NCBI RefSeq assembly: GCF_902652985.1
Contig: NC_047023.1
Span: forward strand, 35,402,001 to 35,466,000
Origin: Pecten maximus
Taxonomy: Eukaryota
Direction of reading: 5' to 3'
Length of the DNA stretch: 64,000 nt
A model generated the notes under the pieces. It did not search any database. It worked only from the letters and a program-made list of their open reading frames with translations, and was not told the origin of the DNA. Made by a program: the position numbers and the translations under genes. Below are positions 26,954 through 41,400 of this stretch, piece by piece; position 1 is the stretch's first letter, and each line of letters opens with the position of its first letter.

Positions 26954-29900
26954 TGATGACACTCCCTCTCCATTGTGGTTATTGGCTGGAAAGGTAACAG
27001 TTCTTTAGTTGTATATTATTACGAGACTGTTACATAGACAGCACAGACTCATAAAATGATACATACAAATGTATATGTAGTGTTTTGGTCTCAGCTTTCA
27101 GTGAGAAAGTGAGGCATTTAGTTTGTTACAGATACAAGTGTTTATAATGCGAGTACAAAAAACTGTATTTTGTACTTATACAAAATTTATGAATATGTTT
27201 CAGATGCACTTGTAAGTAGGAGTGAGGATAAACCAATTAATTTTTTGTTTGTAATTAGTAGAAATTTCATGTGTATTATTTTGTTAAAAGGAAAGATTAA
27301 CTGTTTACATAATATTAAAGCCTTTTATCTAAAACTCTATGAGGATTTTCTTCTTCTTTTGCATGATTTTACAGTAGTTTCTTGCATATATCCATCAAAG
27401 TAAACCATTTTTTCGTTTATTGGTGCTCACCTTAATGTCGAAGTTTCTTGCATACTGGTTAATATCATATATTGAAAGTCGCATCCATGTTAAATTAATC
27501 AAATACACAATTGAAGTATTTAGCATGTTTGAAAAAATTGCATAGTGTTTGTAATTAGATTAAAAATTGAACCCATGGGCATAGATACCTAGGGATAAAG
27601 TTTGAGAAAGATCCTCCCATTCTTCGTAAGAAATAGCAATAACAAAAATGTTAAAATCCAAGATAGGCACAACTAGGTACCAAAGGGAGACTACATACAT
27701 GTATGAAGCTGGAGAATCATCCTTAGGGATAACAACAATTGTTTGTGGATAGACAGACCACATGCATAAACAACAGCCCACTATATCAAAATATGGGCTA
27801 AAATCAAAGTCGAAATTGCAATAAAACTTGTTAAGCTACATGTATCAGTCTTTGATTTCCCGGTCCAGTGATATCCTTTGTTGATGATTTTCACAGGTCT
27901 GAAGTAAAAGGAAAACAAGATAAACAAATTTGAGTGCTATTTTATTATAGATTTCCTCTTCATGAACACTTGTGCCTTGACACACCACAACACACATGTG
28001 TAAATACATACAGCTCAATATGGCAAGTTGTCTTCTCAAAAATATTAAATTCTGGATCAACTGATCTCGTGTTCCTAATACATGGCAGATATATGATGTA
28101 TGTCATATATAAATATATATACTTCAGGGAGATAATTTACATAAAAAAATGTAGTAACCAATTTTTCCAGATCTACAAAGCTTCTATCAGAGGTGACTAT
28201 TAGATCTAGAGTTATCACAAAATGTACTGTAAGATATAAATCTAACTAAAATCATTTAACATTTTTCTCTCACATTTAACCGAGAGATTTTTACTCTCAC
28301 ATTTAACTGAGAGATTTGGTTACACTGGCAACATTTAAGAAACAACTAATCTATGCAATAGTAGACTTTGTGTTTGGGTATTTTTTAGACATGCATGGTT
28401 ATACAGTATATAATATCAATAAGTTGTTTTGGTAGGAATAGGTAGATACATGAGTTTACTATTTTCATAGTTTCACATTTTTGACAACTCCTTAACAGAT
28501 TTTTTGTCTTGAAGAAACATCTGAGAAGATACAGGTATTTAAGCAATGTTTAACATCGCAATAAACATGGTCAAGAGTTTGCCTAGATTTATAGAGCTAG
28601 CTGTTTTAACAGTGAACGGTGTTTGCTTTTTTTTTTTTAAATCTATCTGTCAAGAAGTAACTACTATTTACAAAACTTTATTTAAAATTTTCTATGTTTT
28701 ACAAATTGTTCATTAACACAATAAAAGCCAGATCTGGGACTGTCAGGATAAGGGTAAGATTCTTAAGCTGCCAAATACACTGTACATGTACTGTAATGTC
28801 GTGTTTGGGTCCTTAAGAACATTTCCCCTCATGTTGAGCCCCCCCCCCAATGAAACCTCCAAAGGCATAATAACAATAACACCCACTCATGAACAAGAGT
28901 ATTATTGCATAAGCAAATTGTCATGAAGTTCTTTTATGGTTTTTCAATTTTGAGGTATACATATAAAACTTTTCTATGGAAAAATAGCGATTATCTTTAA
29001 TGGACGGAAATCGCGTTTGTCTCGTTAAGATGGACATATGAAAAATACATTACAATGTACAGAGCTGATAAAATAACATAGTCAATAAAACAACAACAAC
29101 AATTCATCATTAAAACATAACAATCAAAATAACTCTTTGGATTAAAATTACTAATTATCACAGAAAATGCCATTTACAGATAGAATTATCTAATACTGTA
29201 TTCTTTTAGTTGGAACATTCTAATTGGGCCATGTTGTTCCATTTCTGTTTACAAATATATAAAAACAATATAATCAAACAGGGAAATGAAACTTTGAACC
29301 TTCAAATGAGAAGGTTCCACCAAATTGTTTCGTTCCATTTATCGGAAAAAATGGTTCCTTCCAACCCAACTGGAACATTCCACTAAACTGATCATGCTAG
29401 AAGTTAAAGATGGTTGTATTATATAACCAATTTAACCAATGTAATCAACTTTATAATTATATATAATATAAATTACATATTTAGATTATTACAACTCTCT
29501 GTAATACATATTATATTAAAGGCACAGGAAACAGTATAAACTATTACAGTATGTACTATATTTTATTTCAATTTATCATACATGTAAAATTTAATTTCTA
29601 GTACATATTACTGATGTGAAAGCTATCAAATAATGTACTATAAGTCTATATTCTAATGATACATCTTTAAATGTCATACATGAAAAAAAATACCAACATG
29701 TTACAATATTTGTCCTGTACTAAACTTATAGGTGGCGCCAACACAAAGACTTTGTCTAAAAATAGGGGGAGACCCAACAAGTACTTGTTAGCATTATTAC
29801 TGAACTGAAACAGGCATTGGATTACTGCTACATAAATAAATGATGAAAATGGCAAAAGAAATCTTTAAAGCATCAATCGAGATAGCTGAGTATGCCATTG

Positions 29901-31205
29901 TGTTGAAATACATTATAAATACACATATCTACATTTTGAACACAAACATAATATTAAGATTAACTTCAAAGTTTTAGTGATATATACTTGATTATATGTG
30001 AACACAAGTCCTTGTTTTTTTGTTAACACAGCAGACAGATCCTTACCCAATAACATGTATACAGTATAGTGTATATTATAGAAAGATTAAATCCAAATAT
30101 CAGTTAACACAGTGGAAGGCCCAATACAATGCCAAGTTCCACTATATTTATATAATTTAAAGGCACATACAGTTCAGGACAGTGATTTACACACAAAATT
30201 AAAAATGGCCAGATACAATAGACATATAGTCAGTATGGATTTAAGCAGGATACCACGACTAGATATAATATGAAATGGAATATCTTTGGAATCAGATATG
30301 TATGTTGATAATGTTTTATGATGAAGACTGATGATTATATGAGAACAAGTTTTTAGGACATTCCCATTATTTACCTAAATCCATTTACAAATTGAAATAA
30401 ATTTGCCATTAAACATCTTAATTGTAATTTTTTATACCATCCATCTACCGGTATTTTTTTATGAATCCAATATCAGTAACTTTCTTAGTATCCAGTAATT
30501 GACAAACGAAATCTACCCACAATTTAATTTCAGTGCTTTAGGGGAAGTTTATGTAAAAGTTTGTCCTGACTAAGGTCACTAATGTGACCAAAACCAGTAG
30601 ACAAACTACCTAATAAAGAAATAAGATCCTGCCTTCAGCCTGTTGTGACTGATTCTCTGAATTAAGCAATAACTTTCTTGTTTCTTAATGATATACATAA
30701 TATATATATGCATTGAATGGTCCAGGTGTACTTAGTTTTCCATGGTTTTAAGCAAAGATATCAGAATTAACAAAATAGTGAAAACGGGTTAAAAAATCTC
30801 AAATCCTTGTGAAATAAAAAATTGATATTGCAAAGATTCAAACTACAAAACAGTGTTCAATAATGGACAACAATAAACGACAGTCGTTCCACCAAGGTAT
30901 AAACTCACCAGTATATTTGTGCAAAGGAATTTCAGATACTGTCCAAATAATAGTGCACTTGCATATTAATATCTTGAAAATGAAATGGAAGAAAGCTTGA
31001 TCTGAACCGAGTTTCTGCTCAACAAAAGAACATCACAAAAATATTTATTACTAAGATTGAATTCATGGATGACTATTCGAAATAAATAATCACATCAACT
31101 GAATGCTATAAAACTGTAAAGCAGTGTGTCCATTGGAAACTTTTGTAGGTTATCTGTCTTACAATCCTGGCTGAATCGGTTGTAAGGTAGTGGACGCTCT
31201 GTCGT

Positions 31206-34200
31206 TCAATCCTGGCTGAATCGGTCGTTCCATGGTGGACGCTCTGTTATTGGAACCTGTTCGATCTTCTTAGCACTTTTTGGTTTCTTGTTTGGCTGTA
31301 AATAATAAAAAATGTATTTATTTTTTATTTTTTGCACAAAAAATATGAGAAATATATTAGGTTTTAATGTATAAATGTATGAAATACTGTCTAGTAGAAT
31401 TTGTTTGGCAATCTAGCAATATTCTCTAAAAGCACTTTACAGAAATGAAATGATAATAATACCACGGTATTACTAGCATGAGTTACATTTAGTTTACAAT
31501 CTCCTCTATAAGGATTAACTACAGGAATAGAAAAAATAAAATACAGTTTAAAACACATTTATTTATTATGTATATAATATTGTACATTGTATAAAAGAAA
31601 CACTGTAGAAGTGTGTAATAAAGTACATAATTTATTATATGTTAGATTATCTACATTTGTATATCTGTTGTTAATAACAAAAAAAAGCTTAAAAACTAGT
31701 AAAGGCTGATGTATATATATGTAGATAAAACAAACTAATAAAGCTACGTACTGCAGATCGAGGCAGTAAAAGCTGGCACTCAGTTACACAAATTTTTTTT
31801 CTCTAAAGTCTGAAAATACCATAAGGCTGAACATTGATCGCTTTTTATTTTTGCTTTTATTTCTTTTCCTATAATATTGACATTTTCTATTGACACTTAA
31901 TGTTATGTATTTCACACAAAGTCTTTTACAAATTCCACATTTTTGGGCCCCAACATACTTTATTTAATCAATTGTAGAATGCACTTTCTGTATTATATTT
32001 TACACAGTAAAGACTCCAAATTAAATTATTTCCATGCAAGTATACTAATTAAACAGCAGCAATCAAATGGATCGGCATACCCAAAATTAAATTTTCTCAA
32101 TATCAATATTATTTCTATATTTTATAAAATTCATGATCATAATATTATACTAAATTAAAACCAATTTTTGTGAAAATGAAGGGCCTGAATTACATCGATA
32201 TGTCATTGTCAGCAAAGCTAAAGCACTAAGAATTAATTCTGAAACAAGATATTGTGTATACATATAATCAAAAGAATTCCACGAAAGTGGATGTGTCGCT
32301 GCGCAGAAAGTTTGGTGATTACAAGAGTTACTGGGGGTATATAATCACACGGAACAAAATTTCTATTTTAAGAAACAGTGACCTTGACCTTCCGACCTGG
32401 AAAGCAATCCCAAGCAAGAAATTTTGGAAAAAAATATCTGCATAAAAATTTGAGTTTGATCGGCCCAAGCAAACTTGATCATGAGTTATTATTGCATGGA
32501 AACAAATTTTCTATTTTCAGTAACAGTGACCTTGAACTAGGACCTTCGGACCTGGAAAGCAATACCAAGCAAGCACTTTTGGTAAGGAAAATCTGCATAA
32601 AGTTTGAGTTTGATCGGCCCAGGGAACTCTGGTTATCGCATAGAAACCTCTGATCATTGTGGACATTTCTGAAGATTTCTTCAGCTGGCATCATTTAGAA
32701 TATCATTTTGTTTTGAATTTTTATCATTGCAACAGTCACTAACAACTTTAAGTCATATGAACTAAGATGGTGGCAACATCAGAAATGGACACAAACATAA
32801 GGGTAATTCCTTGGGTACTTATACTGTGCACAAAGTAAATTAAATATCATAACCTCGCTCACATTAATCTGACAACTAATGATGTTCTAGTGACAAAAAC
32901 AGGTCAGATGATGTACTACCACTAAACTTTAAAGAGTTCAAAATGGTCGCTCTACCAGGACTGACACAGCTACTGCTGTGAATGATCAGTGTTGTTAAAT
33001 CTAAATTAATGAAATATATTCATTACTTCATTAAAATTGAACTGACAAATTTGATGAAGTTTAATTCATTGTAAAATTACTCTGACATTAAAAGATATGC
33101 CATTCACTAACTCTGGTTGTTTATAGTAACTAGTCATTTTCCAGTAATATTATATATATCATATAAAATAGGAGAGAAAGATTGTAACACCTAGACCAGG
33201 ACTCAAACCAGGTCTAACATTATACATGTATATATAGATACAGGTCTACATTCAAATTAAGAATGTTGTTCAAGATAATCCATAAAAAACAAACAATAAA
33301 TGTAATAAGAAAAAGGACTAAAATGTAAAATACTAAAGTGATTATAGTTATAGGAAAGATGCATGTGTACAGGCAGAAATCATTGGTTTACCGAAATGTA
33401 TTCCTTTGCAAAGAGAGTTCATCCTGAAATCAATGGCAGTTAGTAAATTAATTGAATACAAAATTCAAGATATATAACTGCAGAAAATTTCTCAACTATC
33501 AAAATGGTAAATACAATTACAAATGTATACAGTTATATCTTTTGGTGATCTAATAACTTTCCAAGGCTGTATGAGAAGAGTTGCAGGCACATGTTTCTGT
33601 TGGGAGTCTTTTAAGGCTATATTTAATTTGAATTGCAGGTTTAAAATTTTCTGAGAGGGGCCATGAATGTAAAAGAATTGTCTACCTTTTTCTGAGGGTG
33701 GCCAAGAGTGTTCCTGTTTCTCTGTAATTAAGGTGGTCATAAATGTGAGACTTGTCCATGTTTCTGTAAGGTGGTCATGAATGTGAGACTTGTCCATGTT
33801 TCTGTAAAGTGGTCCTGAATGTGAGACTTGTCCATGTTTCTGTAAGGTGGTCATAAATGCGAGACTTGTCTATTTTTCTGTAAGGTGGTCATAAATGCGC
33901 GACTTGGCCATGTTTCTGTAAGGTGGTCATAAATGCGCGACTTGGCCATGTTTCTGTAAGGTGGTCATAAATGCGCGACTTGGCCATGTTTCTGTAAGGT
34001 GGTCATAAATGCGCTACTTGGCCATGTTTCTGTAAGGTGGTCATAAATGCGCGACTTGGCTATTTCTCTAGGGTGGCCATGAATGTGAGACGTACTCTAT
34101 GTTTTCTAAGGTGGCCATAAGTGTGAAGACTTGTCTAGGTGGCCAAGAATGTGAGACTTATCCATGTTTCTCTAGGGTGGCCATGAATCTGATACTTGTC

Positions 34201-36833
34201 TATTTTTTCTAAGGTGGCCATGAATGTGAGACTTGTCTGTTTCTCTAGGGCGGCCATGATTGAGAGACTTTTCTATGTTAATCTAAGGTGGCCATGATTG
34301 AGAGACTTTTCTATGTTTCTCTAGGGTGGCCATGAATCTGATACTTGTCTATTTTTTCTAAGGTGGCCATGAATGTGAGACTTGTCTGTTTCTCTAGGGC
34401 GGCCATGATTGAGAGACTTTTCTATGTTAATCTAAGGTGGCCATGATTGAGAGACTTTTCTATGTTTATCTAAGGTGGCCATGATTGAGAGACTTTTCTA
34501 TGTTTATCTAAGGTGGCCATGATTGAGAGACTTTTCTATGTTTATCTAAGGTGACCATGATTGAGAGACTTTTCTATGTTTATCTAAGGTGGCCATGATT
34601 GAGAGACTTTTCCATATGTTTATCTAAGGTGGCCATGATTGAGAGACTTTTCCATATGTTTATCTAAGGTGGCCATGATTGAGAGACTTTTCTATGTTTC
34701 TCTAAGGTGGCCACGAATGTAAAGACTTGTCTGTTTCTCTAGGGTGGCCACGAATGTAAAGACTTGTCTGTTAATTCTCTAATAATAAAGGAGCCATGAA
34801 TGTGATACCTGTCTACGTTTCTCTAAAGTGGCCATAAATTTCTACCTTTCTGTGAAGAGCAGCCGACCATGAACGTGAAAGAATTTTCTTGATATAAAAC
34901 TGTCTGAATGTGAAAGAGTTTCCTCCCCTTCTTTGAAATGGCCTTCTATAGCTAGTCAATTACATAATCAGTATCACTACTATGGCCATCAACTATAATT
35001 AATTTGTTTAGCTCTAACCATAAGCACTAATTTTATCTGGCTTGTGACTGATGTTACAATTGATCTGCAAAAAAAAAAAAAAAATAGTTGGGAACCTCAT
35101 TACTCCATAACATGGTATAAAGTTTCAGGCTCTATATTCTATGAGGAGTTGACCCTGATCAATCTACACAGTACACTGCAGCAGATTTAAAGCATGTAAA
35201 CTTCAAAGTAGTTTGCTTAAGGAAGTTCAATGTAATGATCCACCCTTATATTGGCCAAAGGGATTGGTGGTGTTATGATGACATCACATTTGTCTTTCCT
35301 CTACCAAACAATGTGATTTTCACCAGATACAGGTTCACTCCAACAGTGCCCTCAGCAACTTTTCAAAATCATTGTAAAATAATTGATTTGTCAATCTTGG
35401 CTTTAATGGTACCTATACTAACCTTGCCAGAGTTTCTTCAGCCCACATTAGTCTTAATGATTCTAACTATAACTGTTTTAATATACACAGTACTATATTA
35501 TACTAATATAACATATGTATGGATTATTATATATAGTCAAGAATCGGAAGTCTAGATCCAGACTGACTGTCACTCTAGATAGCCAAATAATGGAAAATTT
35601 TAGTTCCCATCAACACTGTGGAGAAGGTTGACGGACTTGGAAGGCGTAGGATTAGCATCTCCTTGCATTAGGTGGTGCGGCGACGCACTTGGAGGACGCG
35701 CAAAGCGTGAATATGGCGAGAGATATGAGCATGAACTTTTTTTTATCTGATCTCGGAGAGAGATATCAATAGCTAATTTAATTTTAATCAATTTTTGCAT
35801 GTTCAGCAATAACTACTCTATCGTGTGCTCCCTCCGAGTACTCCGCGTCACTTAATACAAGGGGACGCAAGTCCTGTGCCCTAAAAGTCTGTCGACCTTC
35901 TCCACAGTGATCAATAAGATGAGTTTGGAATTGGAGGAAACTTACAAAAGACATTGCTAGCCTAAATCAGACATCTGTCTTTCAAAACCTGATGTATGGT
36001 CTTGCGGCCAGAGGGAAAGTGGTCAATATGAATGTTTTTCTTACCATAAGACCTTGGCGAGGTACAACCCTGCGACCTGGACCTTGGGAAGATAAGGCAT
36101 TTCTGGTTGGAGTTGTACCGGCAGAAGGTGGTGCAGGTCTACGCAGCTTGGCACTGTATACCGAAGAGGAGACATTGGAGCTTGATGCATTACTCGAAAC
36201 AGACGGGTGAAGTGAGTTAGGATTCATATCATTTATTGGAGGAAGTGGGGCATTCTTAGCAAATAAATTTTCTCTCGAAGAAGTACCAGAGGCAACTCTG
36301 CATTGAGGAGGCATTGTTCTTGTATTGGAATTTGCCCTGCTGTTAGAAGTTGTCCTTGTATTAGAACTTGCTCTGGACTGTACAGAATTGCCAGGGACCA
36401 TAATAACTGACGACCCATTAACGAGAGATGCTTCTGCAGGATTAAGCTCTTTATTGTCTTCTTTTTTCTGTAGCATCATTCTTAGTTTTCTGTTGACATT
36501 GTAAGCCTCCTGAAGCAGCACGTCTGTATCTTCTTCAGAAAGATCAACTGTTTCAAGCATTCGCAGCACTTCATCTGGGTCAGTCAGATTAAATTTGAAC
36601 ATTTCATTTGGTTTTACAGCTTCAGAAGAATCTGGTCCTTCGTCAGAAACAACTGTTTTTTCGTCATCCTTTCCCGTCAAATCAGTTCCTCGGCTTTCGA
36701 GATCAATGCCCGATTCGGGCGACAAACTATCATTTAATCGGCGGGGTGAATCAGTTTCGTCGTCGATTTCAAGTTCATGCCTTTCTGATAGAGAGGAAAG
36801 TTCTCTTCCGTCGCCATCAACAACTTCTGCCAT
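31206..36833 (-). CDS. Uncharacterised ~292-aa protein (acidic N-terminus, short helical segment, S/P/N-rich region, C-terminal ERPPWNDRF); exons 36833-36045 and 31295-31206
   Basis: 263-codon first exon ends ATG|GTAAGA (phase 0); ttatttacag| acceptor at 31295 gives PNKKPKSAKKIEQVPITERPPWNDRFSQD*. Intermediate exons are not excluded. Confidence 0.75.
32271..32650 (-). mobile_element. Truncated HINE-like remnant with ~148 bp repeats (GTGACCTTGA motif)
   Basis: 3'-type hairpin TCCACGAAAGTGGA at ~32278; two diverged units at ~32351 and ~32497. Confidence 0.6.
33720..34850. repeat. Minisatellite, 38-40 bp unit (AAGGTGGTCATAAATGCGCGACTTGGCCATGTTTCTGT and variants), ~28 copies
   Basis: Tandem units seen directly, with block-wise variants. 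Confidence 0.95.
35614..35909. mobile_element. 296-bp MITE with CACTGTG...CACAGTG ends, ~80-bp imperfect TIRs and 5-bp TSD ATCAA (Transib/RAG-like signature)
   Basis: ATCAA|CACTGTGGAGAAGGTTGACGGACTT ... AAGTCTGTCGACCTTCTCCACAGTG|ATCAA. Confidence 0.85.
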
Positions 36834-38479
36834 CTTTGCTGACGGAACACTGTTTAAGTTGCTGCTGAAATGTAGGATATCACATTTTTGAAAGTGTTGA
36901 CAAAATCTTTGATGTCATTCGTAACGAAGTCGTTAGTCTCTGTAAAACAAACTCTTGTCGACTACACAGAGAAATACGTAGTAATTAAGCGTCTGATTGA
37001 GAGAGAGACTATGTAAGAATGCCACCTGTCGAGTGGATCGAGCAACGGTATACGAAACTATTAGGCCTACCGTATCCTATGCGAGTGTAATACTGTATTT
37101 TAGTACTGTACTAAAAAAATATTGCGAAAAACACGTGTATAGATTAATATGTTCTCACATTAAGCAAAAAACATCGCCATGTAGTTTAGGAAAAAGAAAA
37201 AAAATCGCACCGGTGTCTACAAATTTTATTCTAGCTTTGCCACCTACAACAAAACTACAGACGGCGGCAAACGCAAATGATAAGGTAGCCCTAGATTGTT
37301 TTAACCGAACAATAACTTTGTTCGCTAATCATTCGTTGAAATGGATATCTGATCAGTTTTGTATGACACATTTACCTGATTTATCTGATCCTCTGTCTCT
37401 GTAAGCGTATTTGCTTATTGACCTCCGTAGTTTAGACCACTGGCATGTTTTTAATCATGAACTTGGCAAAATAATGTCTCGACATCCTGAGGTGTTTTTA
37501 ATAAGGTATGTGCTTACCTATTTGTGGTCTCTTTTAGGACAACAAAGAACTGAAATATGGAAAACAATTAGATTTTGTTTTGTTTGTGATAATTCCCAAA
37601 TCTGACTTAAAAGAGATTTTATTGTGAATATACATGTCATTCAATAAAAAATAGAACCCCCAATAGTGAATAACTTTAATTTCATCTTGCTTTTGGATAA
37701 CTATGTGGAATAGGTCAATTTTCATTCCAACTTCTTTCTTGTTCATTCAGAGGCCTGTAATCTCTGTGCTAAAAATGGGTAGTTTCCCCAAACTTAGACT
37801 AATCCCTGTCATGCATTCCCTGTGGAATGTCTTTGACTTTGTCAAGAAACCATACAACAAATTTTTACATTACTTTGTGAAAATCCTAAACCTACCTATG
37901 GTAAGGATCAGAACACAGAACCTTGTCACTATCATATGGCTAAGTATATATTCTTGAGTTTTCTGTTTACCCAATGACTGTTTAAGGTTAATAGTTATGA
38001 GAGTAAACAGAACACTCGGGCATATGTACAAAAATAATACAATACTCTTCTCGACTGCCCTGCATGTGATCAGAATGTGTACTTACTCAAGGAGGGGATC
38101 ACAACCCTGGCAAATGATGGATCAATGGGACCACACTTAAATGGTTGTGTGATGCAAAAGACAAATTCTCAAAAGGCATGATAAAAATTGGTGGTAATTA
38201 TCAGTATATGTAGTAAGGCTACAAGAAAGAATCTAAGAAAGACCTAGATGTCACTCTTCAATGTCTAAGGTGTGAGAGAACCTGACATGAGAGAAAAGAA
38301 ATGGATAGAAAACATTTATTGGTTTCTCCCCCCAAAAGTAAGGGTTTGTGCCAAAGAAATTGTGAGGATTAGAATCTCTGAAGAAGGGGCTAATGGGTTG
38401 GGCATTAGTAGTCATTGTATGTACAAGACACAAGGCAGTGAAAGTACATTTTTAACTTCTGAGAAATTTTGTGTCATCC

Positions 38480-41400
38480 ATGGTGGAAGTGAGTAATGCC
38501 ATTTCTAGATTCTATACAATATGACCTACATGTAGCTGCCTCAATTCTAATGAACTTACTGGTATCAAACAAATGCAGAATATTTGAATATAATGATTCA
38601 ACTTATATTACAGATGGAAAAAGTAAGCAAGTATGAGATTTCCCCATTGATTGCTCTTCTCAACATGATAAAAGTCAACTACTTTGGAAAAACTGAAATT
38701 TACAAAACACTGCTAGCAGTTCTTTGTGATCATGATACAAGAAATCCAGCTATTAAGGAAAAGGTACATGTACCATATTTATTTCTGGGCAATATTAAGA
38801 ACTTATTTTCAATCATGAAATAATTTGTGAAACATTATAAAGAGTTTAATATTTGATAAAAATTGTATTCATGAAAATTTAAAAAAAGGTACAGCCAATT
38901 TCTATAGGAGTCAGTCTTGCAAGTATATACCTATCTTATCAAATGATACTTATTTATTGTCTGGTCAAACACCTGAGCACTGTACATTTAAACAAAATTT
39001 AGGTTGAAGTTTTTGGTTAAGAAGCCAAGATTGTCATTCATTAGTAGTTAAGGGATGATTATAATGAAAGTTATTTTGATGAGAAATATCAATAGAGGAC
39101 CATGAAAACTAAAGGAAACTTTAGGCATGTTTTGAAATTTGACAAGTTCTCAATGTGGTTGTCTGGATCTGTAGAGCAATTCTTCATGTGTATTTACTTT
39201 CATTCACAGACAAAACACTACATACAGTTGTTACTAGCTGACCATCAGGATTTGGCCAGAAGTCTAATCTCCTTCCTCCCTGGAGAAGCAAATGCTGACA
39301 GCATCCCTCTAGGCTTAAGTCCTATCACCAACACACCTGCTGGCAACCTTAAAAGGTCTTAGACTTTTAGGTTTTATGTTATATTAAGTATATTCAACTG
39401 CTTAATATGGTCCCCTGAGACAAAGTCTCTAGTGGTGTTCGTCGTAAACAATTCAGATTATAGATTTCTTCTGAATAACCAAGAGGCCCAGGGTCATTAT
39501 ATTGTGTCAGTAGCATGCTAAGATGAATGACCTTGACTTACTTTAGAGGTCACATGAGTCAAATGTGTCAAAATCTTTAAACAACTAAACGAGATGCCCT
39601 GGATCATGATATTAATTGGATCAAATTATTAGCATGCTTGGATAACACATTAAAATATTAAATCAAAGGAATGATGACCTTCAAGGTCATAGGGGCCAAT
39701 ATATATTCTTTCCAAAAATATTATTAAATTTGCACACCTACCACAATTTTTCTTCATTTTATTTTAGAAATCGTTGTAAACAACATTACTGATTTAAAAA
39801 AATCTAGCTACCAATCCTTATAAATTAACTTAATTAAGCAATATTACAACTATTGGTCAACTTGTATTGTTCTTAAAAATTCTTGTACATACTTCGAAGT
39901 GAAGTATTTGTTATCTCTATGAACTAAAATTGTATGTTTTATTTTGTTTACAGACATAAGAAGAGCAGACATAAAAGTAAAAAGAAAACCAAACAAAAAT
40001 CAAAACAGTCTAGCATAGTGAATAGAGTGCTGTTAGAGACATTGCCTCCTGATTTGGCAACACCACCAAAGCAAAGTGCAAAGATGGTGGTAGACTTCCC
40101 AGATGGAACACCAAAGAAAGAAAACAAATCCATAACTCCTAAAATATCTGAAACACTTACTCCTAAAACAGAATCAGATTCTCCCCGACCTTCACTTCCT
40201 GAGGAAGTGTGCAACACAAAGAACATTTCCTCCAGATGCAATTCTGACTCTGAAATTATCAGAAGCAAAAGTCCAGTCTTCTCCACAAGCAGCAGAAAGC
40301 CTGTAGTATTTACCACAGCAGTTTATAATGAGAATAAAAGTTATCCTTTGCCTTTTTCTATGTTTGACAGCTGTGGCTTTCCTTTGAAAAACTTACCAGG
40401 GGTATGTGAAACTGGGCAAAAGTTTTCTCCACGTGTAAGTCACAGGCAGGCATCAGTAAGTGTTGCAGATACTGGAACACTTATGACCAAGAAAAGTATT
40501 TCTCAGCAATGTATGGCTGAAGCTAAAACATCGGAAGTGCCAAGTTTAACATCAGCCATTCCCACCAAGCCTGGTAATAGTTGTGGCCTACCATTAGCAA
40601 TTCCACCATACCAGAGTACTTCAAGAATGATGCCGTTATATAACCGAAGTAGAAACGCATTTAATGTAGGTGATCAGGCAAATTACTCAACAACATCTCT
40701 TGAACAAAATATGAATTCTGGACTTGAACATCTGCCATTTTGTAACACTAGTGAGTCAGCGGTCCATGGAACTGAGCCTACAGTTCTTATACCAGCGACT
40801 CTGCCCCATAAAGCCAGTTTGAGCCAAATGAGTGGCTTACCACACAACTTTATCCACAGACCAGAGCCTCTGCTGATTGGACACACTCCAAAAGTTTACA
40901 ACCCAGTACAATGGGCCACAAAGTTTGAACAGTTCTCTACCATGACAGTTGGGCGAACATTCCACAACAGTCCTGCTGGTCACCTCCAACCTCCTCCTGT
41001 TGCCAAGTTACCGTGTTCCACAGGTCTCGCTTCCCATAATCCTCCAGTTCCACATCTGTACACGCTCCCAAAAACATCAGCATCATTTGTTCCAAGTCAG
41101 GTCGAACAACATTTATCTCAGCTATCCCTTACCAAGAGTCCACTGCATTATTCTATGGCCCAGACGTCTCATTCTGCCGGTAAAAAAATCTACCTTGGAA
41201 CTAATTCTAATCTCTCAGCCTTCCCATATACCAGGCAGATGGTTCTTCCAGATGGTCAAACCCAGAATCTGTACTTAAAGCGATCATCTGTCAATATACC
41301 TGCAGACAGTAATGGAATGTCAGATATTGAGAATTTACAGAAAGGCATGGCGACTGGTGCAAGTTACAGTTATCCAGATGAACAGGGAAATATAAGTTTT

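Noticed and set aside
35992-36891. Antisense ORFs over the 283-aa exon, and minus ORFs 39948-41488 over the 596-aa exon
   Set aside because: Shadow ORFs of real coding exons.
37703-38496. ORFs upstream of the PAH exon as a longer N-terminus
   Set aside because: Several candidate donors (37505, 37900, 38488) give conflicting frames; this cannot be resolved without transcripts.
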